NCBI GenBank assembly: GCA_965216755.1
Contig: CBDCGL010000011.1
Span: forward strand, 1,298,609-1,362,608
DNA from: Alphaproteobacteria bacterium
Lineage (GTDB): Bacteria; Pseudomonadota; Alphaproteobacteria; UBA7887
DNA length: 64,000 nucleotides
Direction of reading: 5' to 3'
The position numbers were made by a program, and so were the translations under genes. Below, one piece after another: positions 30,588 through 40,396 of this stretch. Position 1 is the stretch's first letter, and every line of letters starts with the position of its first letter. The notes under the pieces are model-generated. The model saw nothing but the letters and a program-made list of their open reading frames with translations. It searched no databases and was not told the origin of the DNA.

Positions 30588-33413
30588 TTATTGACGCAAC
30601 CTTGCCAGTGTTTGGATCAACTCCCAAACGCGCTCGAAAGTCACGTCTTCAAAGCCGCCTTGGCGTTCGAGATCGCGTAACAATCCAACCGCGCGAACCT
30701 GCGCTTGGTTGTCGCCGGCCTCGGCCTCAAGCGCACTGAGCGCCTGGGCAAACGGCACATCGCGCGCTTCCGAAGTTGCCAACGCCCTGCCAACCAGCAC
30801 GTCAAGGTTCTCAAACGCTTGGCGTAGAGAGTTCGGGTCGTGCGGCTGGCCGAGCAGTCCGCGAATACCATTTGCGGTGAATCTATCTCGCAACCCATCC
30901 GGCAATGACTGGCCGAACCCCTCCAAGGCCTCGCCCAGACCGAAGCCCGACGTGAACAAGCCGCGGATCGTGTCGATCGTACCACCTGAACCATTCTCAC
31001 CGCCGAACATACGGATCTGCGCCCCACTCAGCGCCGAGCCCATGGCCTTCGCTTGATCAATATGCACATCGCGTTCGGCCTCGATGAACATCTTGGCCAG
31101 TTCGAGGAAGGTCGCGGCTTCGTTGTACTTCTTGAGCGCGCTCGCTTTGGCATCAAGGCCAGCGGCTTCGGCCTCAAGCATGCGCTGCGTGTTTTCAACA
31201 CGTAGCGTTTCGATTTCCATCTCGGCGCGGCCCTTGGCGCCCGCTTCACGTTCCATGCCTTCGGCGGCAATTTTCTGGGCGTCACTGTTTGCACGTGCGC
31301 GCATAAGTGTCGCCGCCGCCTCGCGTTCGGCCGCATCTTTGCGCGCATCGGATTGCGTAACCATGTGCATGCGCGTGATTTCGGCCTTCGATTCCTCCTC
31401 AATGCGCCGCGCCGCGGCTTCCTTTTCGGCCGCAAGTCGTTCGACCTCTTTGGCACGCTTGGCGTCTGCAACGACCCGAACGGAATCGACATTGTGTTCC
31501 GCTTGCTCTTTCGCGGCGGTCGTCTCCAGACGCGTAACCTCCACGGCCTCAAGCTCCTGCGTCTTCTGCACAAGCGCGATTTCGCGTTGTCGCTCCTCTA
31601 ACTCGCGCGCCAGGAAACGCTGAATGTCCACTTTCTCGCGCTCTTGTTCTTTTTGGATGATCGCGATTTCGCGCTCGCGTTCCTCAAGCTCCACGGTCTT
31701 GGCTTGGCGCACCTCTGCCCGCCGCAGCTCTTCGTCCTTCGCCACCAAGGCAATCGCGCGATCGCGTTCTTCCTGTTCACGGGCAAGCGCGCGGCGGACT
31801 TCGACCCGTTCCAGCTCCTCCGTCTTGGCAACCAGCGCGATTTCGCGGTCGCGTTCCTCCTGCTCACGTGCCAGCGCACGGCGCACCTCGGCTGCTTCGC
31901 GCACCTTCATTTCCTCGGCCACGGAGGCCTTTTTTTGGATTCGCGCGCGTTCAACCGCCAGTTCTTTCTCGATTTCCGTTTCCTGAACCTGCCAACGTTG
32001 ATCCAAAATAAAGCGTTGCTTCTCTGCCAATATTCGCGCGCGTTCATCAGAGATTTCGCGCTCATGCTGAGCCGTCGCCAAGGCATCGTCCTTTTCGACG
32101 TTCAACGCGATTAGGCGGGTTTCCAAGCCGCGTTTGCGCATGGCAATCGCCGCCTCTTCTGTCGCCTTATGGCGTTCGTCGCGAGCGATCTCCTCTGCCG
32201 ACATGACGGCTGTGACCCGTTGGATATCTGCTTGCTGCCGCTCCTGCTCCTTGGCGGTCAGCTCGATCTGGCGCTCCTTTTCGGCCCTTTCGCGTGACAA
32301 GGCGCGGCCGATTTCAGCGAGTTCTTCCTGTTCCGACTTGGTAATCAACTCAATCTCGCGATCCTTCTCTGCCTTTTCCAGAGCGAGACGACGCTCGATA
32401 TCGGCAAGCTCTTCTTCCTTCGCCTTAGCAATCAACGCAATTTCCTTCTCGCGCCTCTCAGCTTCTAATGCGAGATCCTTCCGAATTTCAGATGCTTCTC
32501 GTTTCTGCGCCTCCTCTGTAATTGCGATCTCGCGGCCGGTGCGCAGCTGCTCTAGTTCCTTGTCGTTCTCGATCTCGCGCTGTTCAACCGCCATACGCTG
32601 ATCAAGGACGTAGATCTGCTTTTCGCCGAGCCGCAAAGCTTGTTCGTTTGAGACGTCCTTATCTTGAGACGCGCGCGCAAATGCCTCCTGGCGTTCGATT
32701 TCCAAGAGCTCGAGCTGGGTATCCAAGTCCTTCTGGCGAATTGCAACCGTGGTCCGCTTTTCGGTTTCGTGCACTTTCTTGCGGGCGTCCGACGTGATTG
32801 CCGTAATGATCTTCAAACCTTCTGCGTCAAAGACATTGTCGGTCTTGAAATGGTCTTTGCCGGTCTGTTCCAAAGTCACGATCGTCACCTCTTCCAGCGA
32901 CAGACCGTTGGCTTGGAAACTGGAAATCACGCTTTCCTTGACAGCTTGGGCGAAGGATTCTCGGTTCTCGTGCAATTCGTTCAGGGTCTTGGTGGCGGCG
33001 TAGCTACGAACGGCGCTGACCACTTTTGCCTCAAGCAAATTCCGAACTTTGTCGGGGTCGAACGTCTTGTCGCCCAGGCTTCGGCTGGCAGTCAAAACGT
33101 CGTCGACCGTGCGGCCGACATGCGCATAGAGTTCGGCGACAATATCAATGCGGATTTTGTCCGACGTGAGGACGGCTTGGTCGCGCGCACGACTGACGAT
33201 CAGCTTGATCGTTTCCAGCGATACCCAGGTTACGTCATGAAAAACAGGAAGAACGACCGCGCCCTGCCCAATGCACACTTTTGTTCCCAGAAATCCCGTT
33301 CGAATGAAGGCGAGGTTCGCTGGCGCGCGCTTGTAGACCCATATCGACAACACATAGACAATCGCTATGACAACGATGATTGACAGTATTATTGTTAGCC
33401 AGAGTTCAAGCAT
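30588..33413 (-). CDS. flotillin-like SPFH/band-7 domain protein with very long repetitive coiled-coil
   Basis: 941 aa. N-terminal TM plus SPFH domain (YqiK/flotillin-like). Central region of E/R/A/K-rich heptad repeats with near-identical copies (ALAREQEERDREIALVAKTEELERVEVRR ...). Confidence 0.75.
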   Translation of the reverse strand: MLELWLTIILSIIVVIAIVYVLSIWVYKRAPANLAFIRTGFLGTKVCIGQGAVVLPVFHDVTWVSLETIKLIVSRARDQAVLTSDKIRIDIVAELYAHVGRTVDDVLTASRSLGDKTFDPDKVRNLLEAKVVSAVRSYAATKTLNELHENRESFAQAVKESVISSFQANGLSLEEVTIVTLEQTGKDHFKTDNVFDAEGLKIITAITSDARKKVHETEKRTTVAIRQKDLDTQLELLEIERQEAFARASQDKDVSNEQALRLGEKQIYVLDQRMAVEQREIENDKELEQLRTGREIAITEEAQKREASEIRKDLALEAERREKEIALIAKAKEEELADIERRLALEKAEKDREIELITKSEQEELAEIGRALSRERAEKERQIELTAKEQERQQADIQRVTAVMSAEEIARDERHKATEEAAIAMRKRGLETRLIALNVEKDDALATAQHEREISDERARILAEKQRFILDQRWQVQETEIEKELAVERARIQKKASVAEEMKVREAAEVRRALAREQEERDREIALVAKTEELERVEVRRALAREQEERDRAIALVAKDEELRRAEVRQAKTVELEEREREIAIIQKEQEREKVDIQRFLARELEERQREIALVQKTQELEAVEVTRLETTAAKEQAEHNVDSVRVVADAKRAKEVERLAAEKEAAARRIEEESKAEITRMHMVTQSDARKDAAEREAAATLMRARANSDAQKIAAEGMEREAGAKGRAEMEIETLRVENTQRMLEAEAAGLDAKASALKKYNEAATFLELAKMFIEAERDVHIDQAKAMGSALSGAQIRMFGGENGSGGTIDTIRGLFTSGFGLGEALEGFGQSLPDGLRDRFTANGIRGLLGQPHDPNSLRQAFENLDVLVGRALATSEARDVPFAQALSALEAEAGDNQAQVRAVGLLRDLERQGGFEDVTFERVWELIQTLARLRQ

Positions 33414-33513
33414 CTCTTGACCACCTCGTTACCGGCAAGGTTTCCACGCCCTTTGGTCTTCAGCGCACCAGAGGTGCGCGCGGGCGGTTTCCCACCGTAT
33501 TTCCTCTCCACGC

Positions 33514-35796
33514 TCAGGCACGGCGCGCGCCACCCGGGCGTTCGCCGAAATCAAACAACGACGACTCCCCGCGACCGTGGCGCATGCCATCGCGCAATGT
33601 CTCGGTTGCCTGGCGGTCAACTTCAACACCCTCGCCGTCCAATACCACACCATAATCTTGCCGTGCCGCTTCGATACTCACAAGCTTTCGTGCAACATCA
33701 TTGCGCACCGCGACGGGATCGCGATCCAAAGGGTCGCCCCAGCCGCCACCCCCGGCGGTGCGAAAAATGACGCGATCCCCGTGGGCGACTTCCACATTGT
33801 CGATTTTCGAAGGTAGTGGCTCCCGCGTGCCGTCGGCTCTTATCAGCCACTTCTCCGAACACTGACCAGGCCTGCCGCCCAAAATGCCCCACGGTTGTGT
33901 CAGGTGCCGATCGTCATGAACGGAAATGTGGCCCGGCTCCATAAGCTGGTAAACCTTGTCCACGCCATTGCCACCGCGATGCTTGCCGGCGCCGCCAGTG
34001 TCGACGATCGTGCCATAGCTTTCGATCATCATCGGGTAGTAGCTCTCGAGATATTCGGTCGGGATGTTCTCGAACAACGGCCACCAGGAATGACCGTCCA
34101 TGCCATCGCCGACCGGGCGCCCGGGAATGCCACCGTAAAGAATTTCCATGAGCTGAAACGGTTCGCCGCGGGCATCAACACCGGAGTAAAGGAAATGCGG
34201 GCTGGAGCCGTATCCCGCCGCCGTCGCCAATTCCGGCGCGTTCTTGCTAAGCGCTCCACCCAACACATCAAACTGACGCGACAAGGCGTGCGTTCGGCAA
34301 CCGAGCGCGGCCGGAAAGTCTGGTTGCACCAGCGAACCATGCGGCAAGGTCACATGAATCAGGTCATAAAAGCCATCGTTGAACAAGATCTGGGGATCAA
34401 ACACCATGATCATGTAGACCCCGATGAACATCTTGAACATGCCTTCATGCAGGTAGAAGTTGATCGGCCCCGGCGCCTGCGTGGCTGTGCCGGTCCAATC
34501 GAAATAGCCATGTTCCCCTTCTCGCCAAACGGTCAATTTCATTTTGAAGGGACCGTTGCCGCAACCGTCGTCGTCAACAAAATCCTCGAATGACTGCGGT
34601 TCCTCGGGCAGGTTTTGCACGATCAACGTGCGCATGGCTTTGTTGGTGCGCTCCAGCAGCGCATCGCACGCGCTCTTGTACGTCTCCACACCAAAGCGCT
34701 GACAGATTTCGATAACCCGTCGCTCCCCAGCGCGGCTGCCCGCGATGATCGCCATCAGGTCGCTGTAGTTCATTTCGGGCGTGCGCGTGTTGTTCATCAA
34801 AAGATCGAGCGCCGCCTTATTCAGCACGCCGCGTTCATAAATCTTGATGGGCGGAATGCGGATGCCCTCACCGAAAATCGACGTTGCCGCGGTTGGCATG
34901 CTGCCGGGCACCCAACCGCCGACATCCATCATGTGCCCGAACATCGAACTGAATCCGACCAACTCGCCTTCAAAAAAGATCGGTACGAGTACCATCCAGT
35001 CGTTGATGTGACTGATCGCGCCGCCGCACTTGTAGGGATCACTCTGCAGAAGCACGTCGCCCGGATCAAAGGCAACGCCGTGGGTTTCGAGCATCTCCGG
35101 GACATATGAACCAAACTGCCCAACGATCATCCGACCCTTGCGATCGGTGATCATCGGAAACTCATCATGCTGCTCGCGGATGACTGGCGACATCGCCGAA
35201 CGAAACAACACAGCGTCCATTTCGTGACGCGCATTGCGCAATGCGTTTTCGATCAGGTCCAGCGTGATCGTATCCAGGCTTGTCGCCCCGCCTGGCGTGC
35301 GGTCGATGTCCGCCGATTTGTCTTCGGACTTCTCGACAACGGGCGCCGGCGCCGACCCCGTTGGCTTGGCTTCCACTTGGCCATTGCCGGGAAACATCGC
35401 CGCGCATTTGAGTAGCGCATCATCGGTCGCGCGCTGCAACGCCGCGCCTTCGTCGCCAGCGATTCGCGCACTGCCGAATTGCATTTTGCTGGCGCCGTCC
35501 ACCAGCAATTTGCACAGGACGGTCACGCGACCGCGCTCAATTTTGTGCTCAACGATCTCTGATGACCATGCATCACCAAACTGCTGGTTCAGCAATGCGA
35601 CCGCATCCGAAACGGCACCGGTTTCAAGCTGCAAGCTCGCCGACGCCAGATCTTCTTTTGTCGCAGGACGGTGTTCGACGCCAACAACGCCCAGCTCTTT
35701 AGATTGAACAGCCGCAATCGCGTCGAACTGGGCTTTGCTTGCCTTCAGCAAGTCATCCAGCGACAGTAACTTTGGCGGCGGTTCGGGTTCGCTCAT
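33514..35796 (-). CDS. hydantoinase B/oxoprolinase-family protein with about 180-aa N-terminal extension
   Basis: 760 aa. C-terminal roughly 580 aa is a typical HyuB/N-methylhydantoinase B domain. N-terminal extension is homologous to standalone ORF 42332..42820. Confidence 0.8.
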   Translation of the reverse strand: MSEPEPPPKLLSLDDLLKASKAQFDAIAAVQSKELGVVGVEHRPATKEDLASASLQLETGAVSDAVALLNQQFGDAWSSEIVEHKIERGRVTVLCKLLVDGASKMQFGSARIAGDEGAALQRATDDALLKCAAMFPGNGQVEAKPTGSAPAPVVEKSEDKSADIDRTPGGATSLDTITLDLIENALRNARHEMDAVLFRSAMSPVIREQHDEFPMITDRKGRMIVGQFGSYVPEMLETHGVAFDPGDVLLQSDPYKCGGAISHINDWMVLVPIFFEGELVGFSSMFGHMMDVGGWVPGSMPTAATSIFGEGIRIPPIKIYERGVLNKAALDLLMNNTRTPEMNYSDLMAIIAGSRAGERRVIEICQRFGVETYKSACDALLERTNKAMRTLIVQNLPEEPQSFEDFVDDDGCGNGPFKMKLTVWREGEHGYFDWTGTATQAPGPINFYLHEGMFKMFIGVYMIMVFDPQILFNDGFYDLIHVTLPHGSLVQPDFPAALGCRTHALSRQFDVLGGALSKNAPELATAAGYGSSPHFLYSGVDARGEPFQLMEILYGGIPGRPVGDGMDGHSWWPLFENIPTEYLESYYPMMIESYGTIVDTGGAGKHRGGNGVDKVYQLMEPGHISVHDDRHLTQPWGILGGRPGQCSEKWLIRADGTREPLPSKIDNVEVAHGDRVIFRTAGGGGWGDPLDRDPVAVRNDVARKLVSIEAARQDYGVVLDGEGVEVDRQATETLRDGMRHGRGESSLFDFGERPGGARRA

Positions 35797-35831
35797 CAGC
35801 CTTGCATCCTCGCCTTCAGTCCTCGTCGATC

Positions 35832-37889
35832 TCAGTTTTCGGCATTTGCAGGATTGATCAAGAAGTTGAGATGCGTATCGACGCGACCAACATAGCCTGG
35901 ATGAACAACAGTCGTCGTGTCCGTCTGCATAATAATGGCCGGACCCACGACCCGATTGCCGGCGACCAAACGGCTCCGATCATAGATTTCCGCGTCAATG
36001 AAGGCACCGTCGAAATAAACCTGGTGCTGTTCGACGACAGCCGCCGCCGCATCCGCGCTGCCAAGTGCGAAGTCTGGCGCGCGTGGACGTGGCACAGCGC
36101 CACTGCCCACCGCACGCAAGTTCACCAGCTCCACTGGTTGGTCGAGCCGAAATCCATACAATTTCTCGTGCGCCGCGCCGAAACGATCCGCGATATCAGC
36201 CAACCCGCCAGCAGCTAGGCTATCCGGCGCGGCGTCCAGGGTGAATTCATAGCCTTGTCGCAGATAACGGACATCGACCTCGTAACGCACGTTCTGTTCT
36301 GTTTCATCAACGCCGTCGTCATGCAGCCAAGCACGGGCTTGGCGCCCCAATTCCATGAAGTGCACTTGTAGTTGGTCGCCATCGACGTCATCGATGTTTC
36401 GAATGAAAGTCCGGGCAAACTCGTTTTTGACGTCGGACGACAGAAAGCCCAGCGCCGATAGCACGCCCGGCGTTGGCGGCACCACGACCGGAAAGCATCC
36501 CGCCAAGGCCGCCAACGCATTGCCGTGCATGGGTCCGGCGCCGCCAAACGCAACCAAGGCGAAATCCCGTGGGTCGAGGCCCTTTTGCACAGTCAGCAGT
36601 CGCAAGGCGCCAAACATGTTCTCGTTAACGATGTCCAAAATGCCTTGTGCCGCCTGACAGGCATCCAAACCGAGCGTACGGCCGACTTTTTCCATGGCGT
36701 CTTCGGCGGCCTTGATGTCCAGCTGCATCTCGCCGCCGAGCAAGCTGGGTGGCAGTCGCCCCAACACGACGTTCGCGTCGGTGACGGTCGGATTGTCCCC
36801 CCCATTGCTATAGCAAGCCGGACCGGGCATCGCTCCGGCGCTTTCAGGCCCAACCCGCAGAGCCCCGGTCAGCGGAACGTGGGCGATCGAGCCACCGCCG
36901 GCACCGACACTATGCACTTCGACCGACGGAATCTTTATTGGGTAATAGCCAAGTGAGGTTTGGCGCGAAATAACGGGCTTGCCATCACGGATCATCGACA
37001 CGTCGGTCGACGTGCCCCCCATGTCGAATCCAAGGGCATCCGGAAACCCGGCCGATGAGGCGACGTACGCTGCCCCCGAAACGCCACCAGCCGGACCGGA
37101 GAGCATGGTGTGGACTGGTGACTCCGTCGCCCGGGCGACGCTCATCAGCCCGCCGTCCGAACGGATGATACTGACGTGAGGCGCGAAATCGATCGCGCGC
37201 AGCTTCTCTTCGAAATTGCGTAAATAGGCACGCATTGCCGGCCGCACATAGGCGTTCATCACAGCGACCAGCGTCCGCTCATACTCTCGAAACTCCGGCA
37301 GGATATCCGAGGATAGAGAAACAGGAAAATCTACGCCCATATCCCGGATGATTTCACGTATGCGTCGCTCGTGGATCGGATTGGCATAGGCGTGCAGCAA
37401 AGCCACCGTGATGGATTCGACGCCAAGGGCCGATAGATCCTGAACAGCGGATTGGACGCGCGCCTCGTTCAAAGGTGTCACAACGTCGCCGTGAGCGTTA
37501 ACGCGTTCCGGTACGCCGCGCGTGGCTTCCAGATCGGCAAGCGGGTCAGGTTTGACCATAATCATCCACCCGGCCAGCGGACCCGGCGTCTGCGACCGTG
37601 CCATGTGGAGAACTTGCTCAAAATTCTCGGTGACAATCAGGCCGACCTTGGCGCCTTTTTCTTCCAGCACGATGTTTGTGGAAACCGTCGTACCATGCAG
37701 AAGACTTAGTATTGTGTCCGGCGCGACACCTGAATCCGCCACGATTCGTTCGATGCCCTTGAGAATTCCGACCGATTGGTCTTCTGGCGTGGACGGTGTC
37801 TTCAGAAGGTGGATATCGCCAGTCGCGTCATTAAACAGCAGCAGGTCGGTGAAAGTCCCACCAACGTCGATTCCGAGTCGGGTGGCCAT
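35832..37889 (-). CDS. hydantoinase A/oxoprolinase-family protein
   Basis: 685 aa. Start MATRLGIDVGGTFTDLLLF, the ASKHA-fold HyuA signature. Confidence 0.9.
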   Translation of the reverse strand: MATRLGIDVGGTFTDLLLFNDATGDIHLLKTPSTPEDQSVGILKGIERIVADSGVAPDTILSLLHGTTVSTNIVLEEKGAKVGLIVTENFEQVLHMARSQTPGPLAGWMIMVKPDPLADLEATRGVPERVNAHGDVVTPLNEARVQSAVQDLSALGVESITVALLHAYANPIHERRIREIIRDMGVDFPVSLSSDILPEFREYERTLVAVMNAYVRPAMRAYLRNFEEKLRAIDFAPHVSIIRSDGGLMSVARATESPVHTMLSGPAGGVSGAAYVASSAGFPDALGFDMGGTSTDVSMIRDGKPVISRQTSLGYYPIKIPSVEVHSVGAGGGSIAHVPLTGALRVGPESAGAMPGPACYSNGGDNPTVTDANVVLGRLPPSLLGGEMQLDIKAAEDAMEKVGRTLGLDACQAAQGILDIVNENMFGALRLLTVQKGLDPRDFALVAFGGAGPMHGNALAALAGCFPVVVPPTPGVLSALGFLSSDVKNEFARTFIRNIDDVDGDQLQVHFMELGRQARAWLHDDGVDETEQNVRYEVDVRYLRQGYEFTLDAAPDSLAAGGLADIADRFGAAHEKLYGFRLDQPVELVNLRAVGSGAVPRPRAPDFALGSADAAAAVVEQHQVYFDGAFIDAEIYDRSRLVAGNRVVGPAIIMQTDTTTVVHPGYVGRVDTHLNFLINPANAEN

Positions 37890-38107
37890 GCGCGAATCCC
37901 TGTTTGCCGTCTCCAGCGTCCACCGTCAACTCCCCAGATCCGTCGATAGGCGCCATCAGAACCCGCTCCAAGGTCATAGGTTCCGGAGGTCGATGCGCGA
38001 ATGATTCCCGACATGTACGACTCGGTCAACCCGCTTCGGCGCCATAGACGTCACCGAAACGATCGTGTAGCGTTTCGCCCAGCAAAATCTCGGACCAACG
38101 GTCAGCT

Positions 38108-38635
38108 ATGGCGCAGGAATCGACACATAGTCCATCGCGACGCTTTTGGGTGTTCCTTGTTGGCCTGATTGTCGCTCTTATTTTCCTGTATTTTTACGAA
38201 CCGTTCGAAAATTTCGTGGTCACCGGAATCGGCAATATCCGATCTGACAATATTATTTTCTGGTTTGCATCTTTGGTTGGTGTGGTCGGATATGCCATTG
38301 CCCACTGGCAAACCTTCCAGCAAAAGATATTTCGACGCGGGGCAGAGCTGGATGCCGATGCTTTGGTCTTCGACACCCTTCAGATCTCGATTCTGATCGC
38401 GGTAATATTTTGTGCCGGCGCGACATTGCAGGCGATCGGAATTCTCAGCGAACATTTGATCACCCGTGGCAGCATCATTGATGGCGTGTTTGGCGGCCGC
38501 CTACTGACCATCATTCTATTGGTATTCTTGGCAATCGGATTTTACTTGTTGCACCATGTGGTGCGTGCGTTCCGCTCTGGTTGGCGGCCAAAACGGCCAC
38601 CTGGTCGTGGAGATTCGCCGGCCCACCGAGGCTAA
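38108..38635 (+). CDS. small 4-TM membrane protein (paralogue of 24136..24615)
   Basis: 175 aa. FLYFYEPF...NIIFWFASLVGVVGYAIAHWQTF. Same architecture and motifs as 24136..24615. Confidence 0.55.
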   Translation: MAQESTHSPSRRFWVFLVGLIVALIFLYFYEPFENFVVTGIGNIRSDNIIFWFASLVGVVGYAIAHWQTFQQKIFRRGAELDADALVFDTLQISILIAVIFCAGATLQAIGILSEHLITRGSIIDGVFGGRLLTIILLVFLAIGFYLLHHVVRAFRSGWRPKRPPGRGDSPAHRG

Positions 38636-38645
38636 CGAGGACTTC

Positions 38646-39689
38646 TTAGACGGCGATCGACTGCTGCTGGAGCCGCGACGGGTCGGCCGGATTCGACAGC
38701 GCGTTGAAAGCCGCGAGAGACTCCTTGAGCCGCGCGGGCGCCAAGTTCCGCACAATGAAAATCAGGCGCGACCGCCGATCCTCGTCTGGCCAGGCGCTCA
38801 AATGTGTCGGCGGATGGACAATATGCTGGACCCCATTGATGACCACCGGGTCCGCCATGCCGGCCACATTCAAGAGCCCCTTGATCCGCAACACACGGTC
38901 GCCATGACGATTGAGCAACATCGTCATCCATATGCCGAAGGCGGTCCAATCAAGCGGCTGATCGAACATCAGGCAGAACGAATTCACGCCATCTGTATGT
39001 TGGTGGTTCCGATCCGGCGTCGCTTGGCGCCATTGGGCGACAGCTTGCGTGTGGCGGTCTTGGGCATAAAGGTCGTTTGTCACGAGTGCGATCGCGTCGA
39101 AACTCGACGCGGCGGCATCACTTACGGTTGCGCCAGGATTTCGCCGTTTCAGCTCTGCAATAAGCGAACGAATGCGATCTTCGGCGCACAAATCGGTTTT
39201 GGTCAACACCAACCCATCTGCGACCAACAATTGCTTTTCAGACTCGGGAAAAGTCGCCAACTGGCTTTCGCCATTGACTGCGTCGATAACCGTGATGACG
39301 TTGCCGAGCCGGAAGTGGTGCTGGATCACCTGATCCGACAGCAAGGTATAGGCAATGGGTACTGGATCGGCGAGCCCCGAAGTTTCAATGATAACACGAG
39401 AAAACGACGGAATATCGCCACGGGTCTGCTGCGACAGTAGGTCTCGAAGGGCCCCCTTTAGATCTTCGCGTACCGCGCAGCACACACACCCATTGTCGAG
39501 TAGCAACGTGTTTTCGGTGGCGTGCCCGATCAGATGGTGATCGAGTCCGACTTCGCCAAATTCATTCACCAAGACAGCGGTTTGCTTGAGTTGTGGCGCC
39601 TCGAGGATGCGCCGCAGCAGGGTCGTTTTGCCGCTGCCCAGAAAGCCAGTGACGACGTTGATCGGAATGAGGGTACCGTAGTCCGCCAT
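38646..39689 (-). CDS. CobW/COG0523-family GTPase (putative metallochaperone)
   Basis: P-loop GFLGSGKTTLLRRIL and a CxCC-like metal motif (GCVCCAVRED). C-terminal CobW domain. Start placed at MADYGT. Confidence 0.8.
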   Translation of the reverse strand: MADYGTLIPINVVTGFLGSGKTTLLRRILEAPQLKQTAVLVNEFGEVGLDHHLIGHATENTLLLDNGCVCCAVREDLKGALRDLLSQQTRGDIPSFSRVIIETSGLADPVPIAYTLLSDQVIQHHFRLGNVITVIDAVNGESQLATFPESEKQLLVADGLVLTKTDLCAEDRIRSLIAELKRRNPGATVSDAAASSFDAIALVTNDLYAQDRHTQAVAQWRQATPDRNHQHTDGVNSFCLMFDQPLDWTAFGIWMTMLLNRHGDRVLRIKGLLNVAGMADPVVINGVQHIVHPPTHLSAWPDEDRRSRLIFIVRNLAPARLKESLAAFNALSNPADPSRLQQQSIAV

Positions 39690-40069
39690 GGCTATAGCCC
39701 TTTCAGACAATAGGGAGCCGTTCTGCCGGAGCTGTTTTGTGCCAATATCAAGTTGCTGTCCGCAAGGCGTATCCGGCATACGGCCAAGGATAGCGGCGCA
39801 GGGATTGACGCAAAATCGCCCGGCCCCGCAGGTTTGTGGCCGGCGGGCGGCCACTTTGTCGCATGGCTTGCTCGATGCGCTCGTGCGGTGAATCGGACGA
39901 GATCCAAATATTCGGCTCGTGTCCTGACGAAACCGAAGTTCGTAAGGTGCCTGGGATCAGACGTGACGAACTTCGGATTCGGGACACGAGCATTGTGCTG
40001 CGCCGCCCTTCGTGTGGACAACCGCGCCGGATCGCAAACAGTATCGACTCCATATCGTCCGAAATGGCG

Positions 40070-40387
40070 CTAGCGTGCCAGGGTGGCAAGCAATGTGTCG
40101 TCCAATGGATCGCAATCACGACCAATCAACGACTCGGCCGCGGCCCATAGCGCCGTCATATTGTCAACAATCGCCGTTCGACCCGTGCGTGAACGCAATA
40201 TATAGCTCGCGCCGGCAAAATCGCTGACCGTGAGTCCATAATAGCGCAGCACGTGATTTGCCAGGCGTAAGCGCTGTTGGCGCTCTTGTCGTCGCGTGTG
40301 ACCGCGCTGGTGGCGAAAGGCTTTTGGGTGACTGCTCGTTTCGGTCCAATGTCCAGGTCCGCCGAGCACACCACATAGACCGCACAT
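40070..40387 (-). CDS. small hypothetical protein
   Basis: 105-aa ORF starting 10 nt after the deacetylase stop on the same strand. Codon usage looks coding. No family recognised. Confidence 0.3.
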   Translation of the reverse strand: MCGLCGVLGGPGHWTETSSHPKAFRHQRGHTRRQERQQRLRLANHVLRYYGLTVSDFAGASYILRSRTGRTAIVDNMTALWAAAESLIGRDCDPLDDTLLATLAR

Positions 40388-40396
40388 TAACCGGAC

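Noticed and set aside
31084-32601. Ser/Ala/Arg-rich ORFs on the plus strand inside the flotillin gene (31084..31623, 31624..31986, 32134..32601)
   Set aside because: They are antisense to a well-supported 941-aa CDS. Their low-complexity composition mirrors the coiled-coil repeat codons.
39690-40069. Several overlapping about 100-aa ORFs in the CobW upstream region
   Set aside because: They are mutually overlapping on both strands and lower in GC, with no motifs. Most likely promoter or leader DNA.
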